This document shows, in pieces, positions 50,360 through 58,681 of a stretch of DNA of 58,681 bases. The notes beneath the pieces were generated by a model. It saw nothing but the letters and a program-made list of their open reading frames with translations. It did no database searches and was not told the DNA's origin. How positions within the stretch are numbered: position 1 is the first letter of the stretch; every line of letters begins with the position of its first letter. The stretch is from Candidatus Azambacteria bacterium (lineage in GTDB: Bacteria > Patescibacteriota > Minisyncoccia > GWC2-36-17 > M10-OD1-4). A program made the translations under genes and the position numbers. The stretch lies in the NCBI GenBank assembly GCA_027048495.1, contig JALTWS010000019.1, forward strand, positions 1-58,681, written 5' to 3'.

Positions 50360-51475
50360 ATGAAAATAGGCATAGATGCCCGAATGTTGGGGGAAGAACA
50401 AACAGGGATAGGGCTTTATATAAAAAACTTAATAGAAAATATTGCAAAAGTTGATGATAAAAATCAGTATGTGTTGTTTTTAAGAAAAAATAATTTTGAT
50501 TATAAGTTGCCTTCTGAAAATTTTAAGAAAGTTTTGGCAGACTGTAGTTGGTATTCTTTTTGCGAGCAGACAAAATTTTTGTTTCAAATCAAAAAAGAGA
50601 AATTGGATTTAATGCACTTTCCCCATTTTAATGCTCCAATTTTTTATTTTAAAAATAGAATAACAACAATACATGATCTTACTCCGAAGTATTTTCCGGG
50701 ACACAAAATGAATTCTTTTTTTAGAAAAAAAGCATTTTGGTTGGTTTTTAATGCAAGTTTGAAATTTAGCAAAAATATAATTGCTGTTTCAGAATACACA
50801 AAAAATGAAATTGTTTCTTTTTCTAAAAAAACCAAGGATAAAATTCATGTTGTTTATCAAGGGATACCTTACAGAAAAAAAGATGGCTGGTTGCCAAAAG
50901 AAAAAAGCGAATTTAAAAGAGAGTTTAATATAAAAAAGCCTTACATATTTTACAGCGGAGTTTGGAGAAGCCATAAAAATCTTGTCGGGTTGGTTAAAGC
51001 CCTTTTTATTTTAAGAAAAAAATATAAAAAAGACATTTGTCTGGTTCTTGGAGGAAAAGAGGATAAGCTATATCCTGAAGTAAGAAAAACTTGGGAAAAA
51101 TTGAGGCTTTCAAAATATATAATAACACCAGGATTTATAGATCCAAAGGACATGGGGGATTTTTTGAAAAATGCAGAGGTGTTTGTTTTACCTTCATTTT
51201 TAGAAGGTTTTGGATTTGGTCCTTTGGAAGCTTTAAGTTATCAAACTCCGTGTGCCGTTTCTGAGACAGGAGCTTTAAAAGAATCTCTTGGTAATGCGGC
51301 TTTGTTTTTTGATCCTCAAAATCCGGAAGATATAGCAAAAAAAGTAAATATTTTGTTGGAAAACAAAAAAATAAGAGAAAAATTGATACAAAATGGAAAG
51401 GAAGTTTTAAAAAAATATTCATGGGAAGAATGCGCAAAAAAAACGCAAAAACTTTACCTTGATTCTGTTACATAA
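50360..51475 (+). CDS. GT4 glycosyltransferase
   Basis: KIGIDAR, HKN, EGFGFGPLEA. Confidence 0.93.
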   Translation: MKIGIDARMLGEEQTGIGLYIKNLIENIAKVDDKNQYVLFLRKNNFDYKLPSENFKKVLADCSWYSFCEQTKFLFQIKKEKLDLMHFPHFNAPIFYFKNRITTIHDLTPKYFPGHKMNSFFRKKAFWLVFNASLKFSKNIIAVSEYTKNEIVSFSKKTKDKIHVVYQGIPYRKKDGWLPKEKSEFKREFNIKKPYIFYSGVWRSHKNLVGLVKALFILRKKYKKDICLVLGGKEDKLYPEVRKTWEKLRLSKYIITPGFIDPKDMGDFLKNAEVFVLPSFLEGFGFGPLEALSYQTPCAVSETGALKESLGNAALFFDPQNPEDIAKKVNILLENKKIREKLIQNGKEVLKKYSWEECAKKTQKLYLDSVT

Positions 51476-51503
51476 AAAAATATTTTATGATATAATTTAC
51501 TTT

Positions 51504-53759
51504 ATGAAAGATCCAAGATTTAATATTGATAAAAAATTATACGATATAAAGCCTCCGCAAAACAACAGGCCAAAAAGTGATTTTTTGGCTAGACCCGCTT
51601 CTTTTCCTTCTGCTGAAAAGACAAAAATAACTTTTGCTAAAAGCTCTGTTTCTCAAAGAGATGTTGATTATGATTTTTCTTCATTAAAAAGCAAAAAACA
51701 GCAAAAACAAAAGCCTGATATTACTTCAAAAAAGCAAGAACCAGACAGCAAAAATATTGTGTACAAAAAAAAGCCAAAGATTAGAAAAAGCTTTTTAATA
51801 AAAAATATTGTTTTTTCTGCTTTGGTTGTAATTTTATTTTTTGCGGTTTTGTATTTTGCTTTCTTTTTTGGAAGTAAAAATGTAAAGGAGCTTGTTTTGC
51901 AAAACAGCATTGATGCATACAAAAGCGTAAAGGAAGCTCAAGAAAGAATGCTGGATTTTGATTTTGAAGGCGCTGGCTTTGCTTTTAGTGAGGCTTATCA
52001 AAAATTTTCTTATGCGCAGAAAATGGCAAATAATATGGGGGCATCTTTGATAGATGCTTTTTCTTGGATTCCGTTTCTTGAAAGCATATCTTCTAAAGTA
52101 AATATGCTTGATGTTGCTGTAAACTTGTCTTATGTGGGAAAGATAGTATCAGAAGCTGCCGATCCGATAATTAAAATGTCAGCAGAAGATATATTTAAAG
52201 TTTCTTCAGACAAAAATGATGTATATGTTTCTGATAATAGTTTTGGCAACGCTTTGCAAAATGCATATTTTAAGTTAAATTTAGCAAAAAATTACATAGA
52301 TAAAGCGGAAAGTGACTTAAAAAAAATAAATCCGTATGATTTTGATCAAGATGTATCAGAACAAATTTTTAATTTAAAAAAAGATTTTCCTAAAATAAAA
52401 AAGAATATAGAAAAAGTTTCTGAATATTTAGAGTTTTCTTTGTGGTTTTTGGGGCAGGAAAACCCAAGACATTTTCTTGTTGTAGCCCAAAATACAGCAG
52501 AGGCAAGAGCAACAGGAGGGTTTATTGGTTCTTATGGTGCAATAGAAACAGAGTTTGGCTACATAAAAGATATTTTTATGGATAATGTTTATAATTTAGA
52601 TGGTCAGCTTTATTACAAAGTTGTTCCTCCTTATCCTATTCAAAAAATATCTACTGCGTGGAGCCTTCATGATTCAAACTGGTTTTTAGATTTTCCAACA
52701 TCTGCAAAAAAAATGATGTTTTTTTATGAAAAAGCTGGCGCTCCTACTCCAGACGGTATAATAGCTATAAATGAAAAATTTATAGAAAGACTGCTTGAGA
52801 TTACAGGTCCGATTGAGCTTCCAGAATATGGCGTTGTTCTGACAAAAGATGATTTTTATGATATTGTTCAATTTCAGGTTGAAGAAAATTATGACAAAGA
52901 AGAAAACAAGCCAAAAAAGATATTAAACGACATTGTTCCGGTTATTTTAAGTAAATTGTCTGGCATTTCAAATGACGATCTTTTAAGCTTGCTTTATCTT
53001 GTTGCAGATGAGTTTAAAAACAAAAACATAATGTTTTATGCTAATCATCCAAAATACCAAGATATTATTTTAAAAAACGGCTGGGGAGGAGAGATTTTAA
53101 AAAATAATGATGCAGATTATTTGGCGGTTGTTGCAAGTAATATAAATGGTTACAAAACTGATAGAGTCACAAAAAGAAGCATGACCAAAGTATCAGAAAT
53201 TCAAAAAGACGGTTCTATAATAAATACTTTAAACATTACTATAAAAAACGAAGGCAAAAACAGTCCGTATGATTGGCAAAATCAGGTTAATTCTTCTTAT
53301 TTGAGAATTTATGTTCCTTTTGGTTCTGAACTTATTGAAGCAAGCGGATTTACTAAGGAAAAATATGAAGCGCCAATAGATTACAAAAAAGCGGGATTTG
53401 TTCAAGACGAAGATGTAAAAAATTCAATAAACTCTGCTATTTTCAGGCAGGATTTTGGGATTGATGAATTTTCAGAATCTTCAAAAACTGTTTTTGCCGG
53501 GTGGGTATACACAAGTCCGGGCGAAAAAACTGAAATAACTTTAAAGTATAAGCTCCCTTTTTCTCTTGATACAACAAAAAAAGGAGACGACATTGATTTT
53601 GTGTTTGAAAAACAGCCGGGACAGGATTTGTATGTTGATTTTAAAGTTAAATTGCCAGATAGCTGGAGTTTTATATATTCTTTGCCGGAAGGGTCATGGG
53701 GAGAGTATAGCGGATATCTTAAGTCAGATATGATTTTGAGTGTTGGTATAAATTTTTAA
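51504..53759 (+). CDS. DUF4012-like membrane-anchored protein
   Basis: QN.AEARATGGFIGS, DSNWFLDFPTSA, YLRIYVP.GS, KQPG. Confidence 0.8.
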   Translation: MKDPRFNIDKKLYDIKPPQNNRPKSDFLARPASFPSAEKTKITFAKSSVSQRDVDYDFSSLKSKKQQKQKPDITSKKQEPDSKNIVYKKKPKIRKSFLIKNIVFSALVVILFFAVLYFAFFFGSKNVKELVLQNSIDAYKSVKEAQERMLDFDFEGAGFAFSEAYQKFSYAQKMANNMGASLIDAFSWIPFLESISSKVNMLDVAVNLSYVGKIVSEAADPIIKMSAEDIFKVSSDKNDVYVSDNSFGNALQNAYFKLNLAKNYIDKAESDLKKINPYDFDQDVSEQIFNLKKDFPKIKKNIEKVSEYLEFSLWFLGQENPRHFLVVAQNTAEARATGGFIGSYGAIETEFGYIKDIFMDNVYNLDGQLYYKVVPPYPIQKISTAWSLHDSNWFLDFPTSAKKMMFFYEKAGAPTPDGIIAINEKFIERLLEITGPIELPEYGVVLTKDDFYDIVQFQVEENYDKEENKPKKILNDIVPVILSKLSGISNDDLLSLLYLVADEFKNKNIMFYANHPKYQDIILKNGWGGEILKNNDADYLAVVASNINGYKTDRVTKRSMTKVSEIQKDGSIINTLNITIKNEGKNSPYDWQNQVNSSYLRIYVPFGSELIEASGFTKEKYEAPIDYKKAGFVQDEDVKNSINSAIFRQDFGIDEFSESSKTVFAGWVYTSPGEKTEITLKYKLPFSLDTTKKGDDIDFVFEKQPGQDLYVDFKVKLPDSWSFIYSLPEGSWGEYSGYLKSDMILSVGINF

Positions 53760-53800
53760 ATTGATGTATTATTTGTGCATTAAAATTAGCAAATGTTTTT

Positions 53801-55489
53801 GTGATTAGAAATTTCTTAAACAAAGAATATAAATTTGTTATATCAGCCGCTTTGATGATCGGCTTTTTTTCTTTGCTTTCCAGAGTGCTTGGGCTTTTAA
53901 GAAATAGAATCTTTGCTGATAAGTTTGGAGCTGGTGAGGAAATGGATATGTATTTTGCCGCGTTTAGACTGCCTGATTTTGTATATAACATATTTGTAGT
54001 TGGTTTGGTAACAATAGTTTTTATACCTGTTTTTTTAAAATACAAACAAAGATCTGAAAAAGAGGCTCTTTATCTTACTAATTTGGTTTTGAATGTATTT
54101 TTTGGATTAGTGGTTTTGGTGTGTGCTTTAATGTTTGTTTTTGCTTCAAAAATTATTCCTTTTTTTGTGTTTGGGTTTTCTGAGCAGAACATACAAACTA
54201 CTATAACATTGACCAGAATTATGCTTTTAAGCCCGATAATTTTAGGTGCATCAAGCATATTAATAAGCTTTCTGCAAGCAAACAAAAGATTTATGTCGTT
54301 TGCTCTTGCTCCTGTTCTTTACAATATTGGTATAATTTTTGGCGCTTTGTTTTTTGTTGATAAATTTGGAGTTTTGGGGCTTGCTTTTGGAGTGGTTTTG
54401 GGAGCTTTTTTGCATTTTTTGATCCAAATTCCTCCAACAATAAAGTTAGGATTTAAATACAGTCCAAAATTTGATATTTCCCATCCTGCATTAAAAGAGA
54501 TGTTTTTTTTAGCTCTGCCAAGGCTAATAGGGATTTTTGCTTATCAGGCTAATTTTATTGTTATAACAGCAATAGGATCGTCGCTTGCTTCAGGAAGCAT
54601 ATCTGTGTTTAATTATGCAAATGACCTGCAGTATATCCCCATAGGGATATTTGCCATATCTTTTGTAACAGCAGTTTTTCCTGCTCTATCAGAAAGTTAT
54701 GCCAAAAAAGATATAAAAGGATTTTTGGATAAATTTTACACAACTACAAATCAGATATTATTTTTGGTTATTCCAATGTCTGTGTTTTTAATTTTAGAAA
54801 GAGCGCAAATTGTTCGTGTTGTTTTGGGAACAGGGGAGTTTGGTTGGGTTGATACTCGTCTTACTGCCGCCGCTTTGGGACTTTTTGCTTTATCTATTTT
54901 TTCTCAAAGTTTGGTTCCGCTTTTTTCAAGGGCGTTTTTTGCCATGGGAAACTCAAAGACTCCAGTTTTTATAAATGTATCTTCTTTGGTTTTGAATATA
55001 TTTTTAAGTTTTTATTTTGTAAATCTTTTGAAAAGTGGAGGATGGTTTGCGGCTAATTTTGCTGAAGTTCTAAAGGTCGCTGATATTCCTGACATTTCTG
55101 TTTTGGGGCTTCCTCTGGCATTTTCAGTAGCTTCCATTATAAATCTTTTGTGGCTTTATTTTGCTTTATCAAACAAGATAGAAGAGTTTTCTTCAAGCAA
55201 AATATTGTTTTCTGTCAATAGAATAAATATAGCTGTTTTAGCTATGGGTGCTGCAATTTATCCTATGCTTTATTTTATGGCAAATACAGTTAATATGCAT
55301 ACTTTTTGGGGAATATTTTTGCAGGGAGCGGTTGCGTTTTTTGTTGGATTTTTTGTTTACCTTTTTGTAGCTTATCTTTTAAAAATTCCAGCATTTTTTG
55401 CTTTTTGGGAGGCGCTTACTTTGCCAATAAAAAAGATGTTTCTTTCAAAAACATATTCAGCAGAAGTTAATGGGTCGGATAAATTATGA
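53801..55489 (+). CDS. murJ: Lipid II flippase MurJ
   Basis: SRVLGLLR, AAFRLPD, APVLYN; many TM helices. Confidence 0.93.
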   Translation: MIRNFLNKEYKFVISAALMIGFFSLLSRVLGLLRNRIFADKFGAGEEMDMYFAAFRLPDFVYNIFVVGLVTIVFIPVFLKYKQRSEKEALYLTNLVLNVFFGLVVLVCALMFVFASKIIPFFVFGFSEQNIQTTITLTRIMLLSPIILGASSILISFLQANKRFMSFALAPVLYNIGIIFGALFFVDKFGVLGLAFGVVLGAFLHFLIQIPPTIKLGFKYSPKFDISHPALKEMFFLALPRLIGIFAYQANFIVITAIGSSLASGSISVFNYANDLQYIPIGIFAISFVTAVFPALSESYAKKDIKGFLDKFYTTTNQILFLVIPMSVFLILERAQIVRVVLGTGEFGWVDTRLTAAALGLFALSIFSQSLVPLFSRAFFAMGNSKTPVFINVSSLVLNIFLSFYFVNLLKSGGWFAANFAEVLKVADIPDISVLGLPLAFSVASIINLLWLYFALSNKIEEFSSSKILFSVNRINIAVLAMGAAIYPMLYFMANTVNMHTFWGIFLQGAVAFFVGFFVYLFVAYLLKIPAFFAFWEALTLPIKKMFLSKTYSAEVNGSDKL

Positions 55490-55555
55490 TATTAGAAAAT
55501 TTAATATCTAAGATTTAATTAAATTTAATTTTTATTTTATTATTTTTTACAAAAG

Positions 55556-55593
55556 TTACTTAACTTTCTCACGATCGTGAGAAAGTTAAGTAA
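55556..55593. repeat. Perfect 38-bp CTCACGATCGTGAG-centred palindrome
   Basis: ttacttaactttctcacga|tcgtgagaaagttaagtaa. Confidence 0.88.
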
Positions 55594-55683
55594 AAGTTGG
55601 TTTGTGTAATGGTATAATTGACTTTGCTTTGAAAAAGTGCTTTTATTTTTATGGTTTTGCTCATTTACAAAAAGGAGGAGTTT

Positions 55684-56175
55684 ATGTTTTTTTCTATTGA
55701 TAGTTGGTTGGTTAACATGCATGAGAGGCTTGCATCTGAGTTTCAGGCAAAAACAAAAAAAGACTGCTTTTTTTTGGCTAGATTTTGCTTGTTGTTTTCG
55801 TTGGTTTGCTTTTTTGTTTCAATGGTTTATCTTAGCGGTTCTTTTTTGAAAGCTTTAATATATTCTTTGTTTGTTATGTTTATTGGACTTTCTGCTTGGA
55901 ATGATGTTTCTCGCTCAGAAAAACAGGCAAAACAAGAGATTGGGTATATGAACAAAAACAAAAAAGATTTGTTTTTTGCAAGAGTCTTTTTGCTTTGTTT
56001 TTTTGCATACGTGTCAGTTGTTCTTTATCTTTTTTCGGAGCTTGAAGTTTTTTTGGTTTTGTGCTTTTTTATGTATATTTCCAGCATATATTTTGCATCT
56101 TGTGATATGTTTCCTCCAAAGCAAAAAAAGCAAGCAAAAATTCAGTATTTTGCTTTCAAAACAACAACCGTATAA
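55684..56175 (+). CDS. Hypothetical membrane protein
   Basis: AAGGAGGAG SD; about 4 TM segments. Confidence 0.7.
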   Translation: MFFSIDSWLVNMHERLASEFQAKTKKDCFFLARFCLLFSLVCFFVSMVYLSGSFLKALIYSLFVMFIGLSAWNDVSRSEKQAKQEIGYMNKNKKDLFFARVFLLCFFAYVSVVLYLFSELEVFLVLCFFMYISSIYFASCDMFPPKQKKQAKIQYFAFKTTTV

Positions 56176-56176
56176 T

Positions 56177-56214
56177 AAAACCCCCAAAGCCTGTTGGCTT
56201 TGGGGGAGTTTTTT
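56177..56214. terminator. Bidirectional terminator
   Basis: cccccaaagcc/ggctttggggg between convergent genes. Confidence 0.8.
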
Positions 56215-56392
56215 ACTTTTTTTCTTTGTCCTTTATTTCTTCTCTTACTATTTTTACATTGGGGGGAGCTTTTATTGATATTCTTGCGCTGTTTTTTTGA
56301 ATTTTTACCACTGTTACTATGATTTCATTTTCTCCTTCTCCAATGATGATGCTTTCACCCGGTCTTCTTGTAAGAACTAAAAATCCACTCAT
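56213..56392 (-). CDS. csrA: Carbon storage regulator CsrA/RsmA homolog (59 aa, not in ORF track)
   Basis: MSGFLVLTRRPGESIIIGEGENEIIVTVVKIQKNSARISIKAPPNVKIVREEIKDKEKK matches CsrA pattern L.LTR..GE.I.IG...V.V......RI.I.AP..V.I.REE; SD AAGGAGGA. Confidence 0.9.
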   Translation of the reverse strand: MSGFLVLTRRPGESIIIGEGENEIIVTVVKIQKNSARISIKAPPNVKIVREEIKDKEKK

Positions 56393-56506
56393 TGGATTTA
56401 TCCTCCTTGGATTTGATTTGCCACATTAGATTATAATAGCAAAACATTAGTGTTAATGTTGACATATTTTGTTTTTTATGTTAGAAAAATTTAAGTTGTT
56501 CATTTC

Positions 56507-56705
56507 TCGGAAAGGTGATGCTGGCAGTTTTTGCAGGACGGATGCAGGATGCGAGTATGTCTGTTTTTGCGAGCTCTTAGGCTTGCATAAGAGAGCAATT
56601 ATTAATCCTCTTATTTTAAAGACCAGGGGCTAAAATCCCTGGCTGCTCTCCGGACAGAGGCGCCTGCAGGCGCTGTAAGAACAAAAGCATTGCCTTTCCG
56701 AACCA
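56507..56705 (+). ncRNA. Candidate multi-helix ncRNA divergent from csrA
   Basis: 16-bp and 10-bp long-range helices with G-U pairs, several inner hairpins, TTGACA upstream, terminator downstream. Confidence 0.65.
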
Positions 56706-56711
56706 AATTTC

Positions 56712-56750
56712 AAAACCTCGCTTGCTAAAGAAGCGGGGTTTTTCTTTTTT
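56712..56750 (+). terminator. Intrinsic terminator
   Basis: aaaacctcgctt/aagcggggtttt plus T-run. Confidence 0.8.
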
Positions 56751-56794
56751 TGGTCTTTGTTTTTTGTAAAATTTATGTATAATCAATCATAAAT

Positions 56795-58600
56795 ATGAAC
56801 GAAAAAGACAAGCAAAATTTAATAAGAAACTTTTGTATTATAGCTCACATTGATCACGGAAAATCTACGCTTTCTGACAGATTGCTTGAGGAGACAAAAA
56901 CGATTGAAAAAAGAAAGATGCAGGATCAGCTTTTGGATACCATGAGTTTGGAAAGGGAAAGGGGGATAACAATAAAAATGCAGCCGGTGGTTATGAATTA
57001 CAAGCACAAAGATGGCAAAGAATACATTTTAAATTTAATAGACACCCCCGGGCATGTTGATTTTTCTTATGAGGTTTCCCGTTCGCTTGCGGCAGTTGAA
57101 GGAGCAGTTTTGCTTGTTGATGCAACCAAAGGTATGCAGGCGCAAACCCTTGCGGTGCTTGAGCAGGCGCAAAAGCAAAACTTAAAGATACTTCCTGCTG
57201 TAAACAAAATTGACTTGCCAAATGCAATGCCAGAAAAAGTAAAAGAAGAGATAGCAAATTTTCTTAATATAGATAAAAATGATGTTTTGGAAATATCGGG
57301 AAAAACTGGAAAAGGAGTGCCTTTGCTTTTAGAAAAAATAATAAGCGAGATTCCAGCTCCCAAAGGCAATCCAAATTCTCCGCTTAAAGCGCTTATTTTT
57401 GACTCTGTTTTTGATTCTTTTAAGGGTGTAATAGCAAATGTTAGGATAGTGGACGGTTTTGTAAAAAGGCATGATAAAATAAAGTCTATGATTTTAAAGT
57501 CAGAAGCCGAAGTTTTAGAGTGTGGAGTATTTAAGCCAGATTTAATTGAAAAGCCAGAACTTTTAACAGGGCAGATAGGGTATATTGCAACTGGACTTAA
57601 AGAAATAGACAAGGTAAGGGTGGGAGATACTATAACACTAAAAAACAATCCGGCAGAAAAAAACCTTCCCGGATATAAAGAAGTTCAACCTGTTGTTTTT
57701 GCTTCTTTTTTTCCGCAGGATGCTGACGATTATGATCTTTTAAGAGACGGTCTTTTGAAGCTTAGGCTGAATGACTCTTCTTTGTCTTTTGAGCCGGAAC
57801 AGTCCGAAGCTTTTGGCAGGGGTTTTCGTTGTGGTTTTTTGGGCATGTTGCATATGGACATTGTAAGAGAAAGATTAAAAAGAGAACATAACATAGAACC
57901 GCTAATAACTATACCCTCAGTATCTTACAGTATATTGCTAAAAAATGGAGAAGAGAGGCTGGTTTATTCTCCGTCTCAGATGCCTGATCCTGCAAATATA
58001 AAAGAAAGCAGGGAGCCTTATGTAAAGCTTGAGATAATGACAAAAAGCGAATATCTGGGGTCTATTATGACTCTTTTGGATAAAGTTCGCGGAGTTTATA
58101 AAGACACACAATATTTAACTGAAGAAAAAGTTTTGCTTGTTTATGAAGCTCCTTTGTCTGAGATTATCGTTGATTTTTTTGATGATTTAAAGTCGGTAAC
58201 CTCAGGATACGCTTCTTTAAATTATGAGCTTTTAGGTTTTAAGCCTGCTGAGCTTGTAAAAATGGATATACTGGTCGCAGGGGAAAGAGTGGAGGCGCTT
58301 TCAAGGATTGTAGTAAAAAGCAAGGCTCAAGAGATTGGAAGAATGATGGTGTCAAAACTAAAAGATATAATACCAAGGCAGCTTTTTGCTGTGTCTTTGC
58401 AGGCTGCGGTTGGATCAAAAATACTGGCAAGAGAAGATATATCTGCCCTAAGAAAAGATGTAACTGGATATCTTTATGGTGGAGATGTAACCAGAAAAAA
58501 GAAGCTTTTGGAAAAGCAAAAAAAAGGAAAAAAGAAAATGAAACAAAGAGGAAAAGTAAATATTCCACCAGAAGTTTATTTTAAGGTTTTGAAAAAATAA
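56795..58600 (+). CDS. lepA: Elongation factor 4
   Basis: IRNFCIIAHIDHGKSTL, GFRCGFLGMLH, YGGDVTRKKKLLEKQK. Confidence 0.99.
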   Translation: MNEKDKQNLIRNFCIIAHIDHGKSTLSDRLLEETKTIEKRKMQDQLLDTMSLERERGITIKMQPVVMNYKHKDGKEYILNLIDTPGHVDFSYEVSRSLAAVEGAVLLVDATKGMQAQTLAVLEQAQKQNLKILPAVNKIDLPNAMPEKVKEEIANFLNIDKNDVLEISGKTGKGVPLLLEKIISEIPAPKGNPNSPLKALIFDSVFDSFKGVIANVRIVDGFVKRHDKIKSMILKSEAEVLECGVFKPDLIEKPELLTGQIGYIATGLKEIDKVRVGDTITLKNNPAEKNLPGYKEVQPVVFASFFPQDADDYDLLRDGLLKLRLNDSSLSFEPEQSEAFGRGFRCGFLGMLHMDIVRERLKREHNIEPLITIPSVSYSILLKNGEERLVYSPSQMPDPANIKESREPYVKLEIMTKSEYLGSIMTLLDKVRGVYKDTQYLTEEKVLLVYEAPLSEIIVDFFDDLKSVTSGYASLNYELLGFKPAELVKMDILVAGERVEALSRIVVKSKAQEIGRMMVSKLKDIIPRQLFAVSLQAAVGSKILAREDISALRKDVTGYLYGGDVTRKKKLLEKQKKGKKKMKQRGKVNIPPEVYFKVLKK

Positions 58601-58681
58601 TTAAAATAAAAACGGAATTATTGTAAATCCGATAAGTGATATTATAACTAAAATTACAATAGTTTTGTAAATATATTGTGT

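Noticed and set aside
46744-55489. Glycan cluster as the novel system
   Set aside because: Priming transferase, GT4s, DUF4012 and murJ look like an ordinary envelope locus
55976-56278. 100-aa + strand ORF
   Set aside because: Crosses a terminator and overlaps csrA
56507-56705. tRNA or tmRNA call from terminal stem plus ACCA
   Set aside because: No T-arm GTTC motif or tag ORF; stem too long

Overview
AT-rich bacterial chromosome segment, genetic code 11. It looks like Patescibacteria/CPR (probably Parcubacteria), inferred from no rpmD between rpsE and rplO, a short Mfd, split comEC and a DUF4012/GT4 cluster. Housekeeping core: pth, lepB, hisS, rpsU, ybeY, ftsA/ftsZ, ndk, rpmB, the str-S10-spc ribosomal cluster through secY-adk-map, galT/tpiA/pgk, pilT, recJ, RNase HI, RNase P RNA, a surface-glycan cluster with murJ, and lepA. 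Items not in the ORF track or not explained by it: (1) a 59-aa CsrA/RsmA homolog back-to-back with a ~200-nt multi-helix RNA carrying CAGGA(C/U)G motifs; (2) a GC-rich multi-hairpin transcript divergent from rnpB, with a perfect AAGGAGGUGA and a 9-codon ORF; (3) a 6S-like RNA; (4) many apparently leaderless genes, while rpsU and a few accessory genes have strong SD sites; (5) a RAYT transposase with GTAG REPs between the two comEC halves; (6) a RelE/AbrB-type TA pair bounded by a duplicate of the pth 3' end; (7) loopless 34-38 bp palindromes. All calls are by eye; no searches were run.
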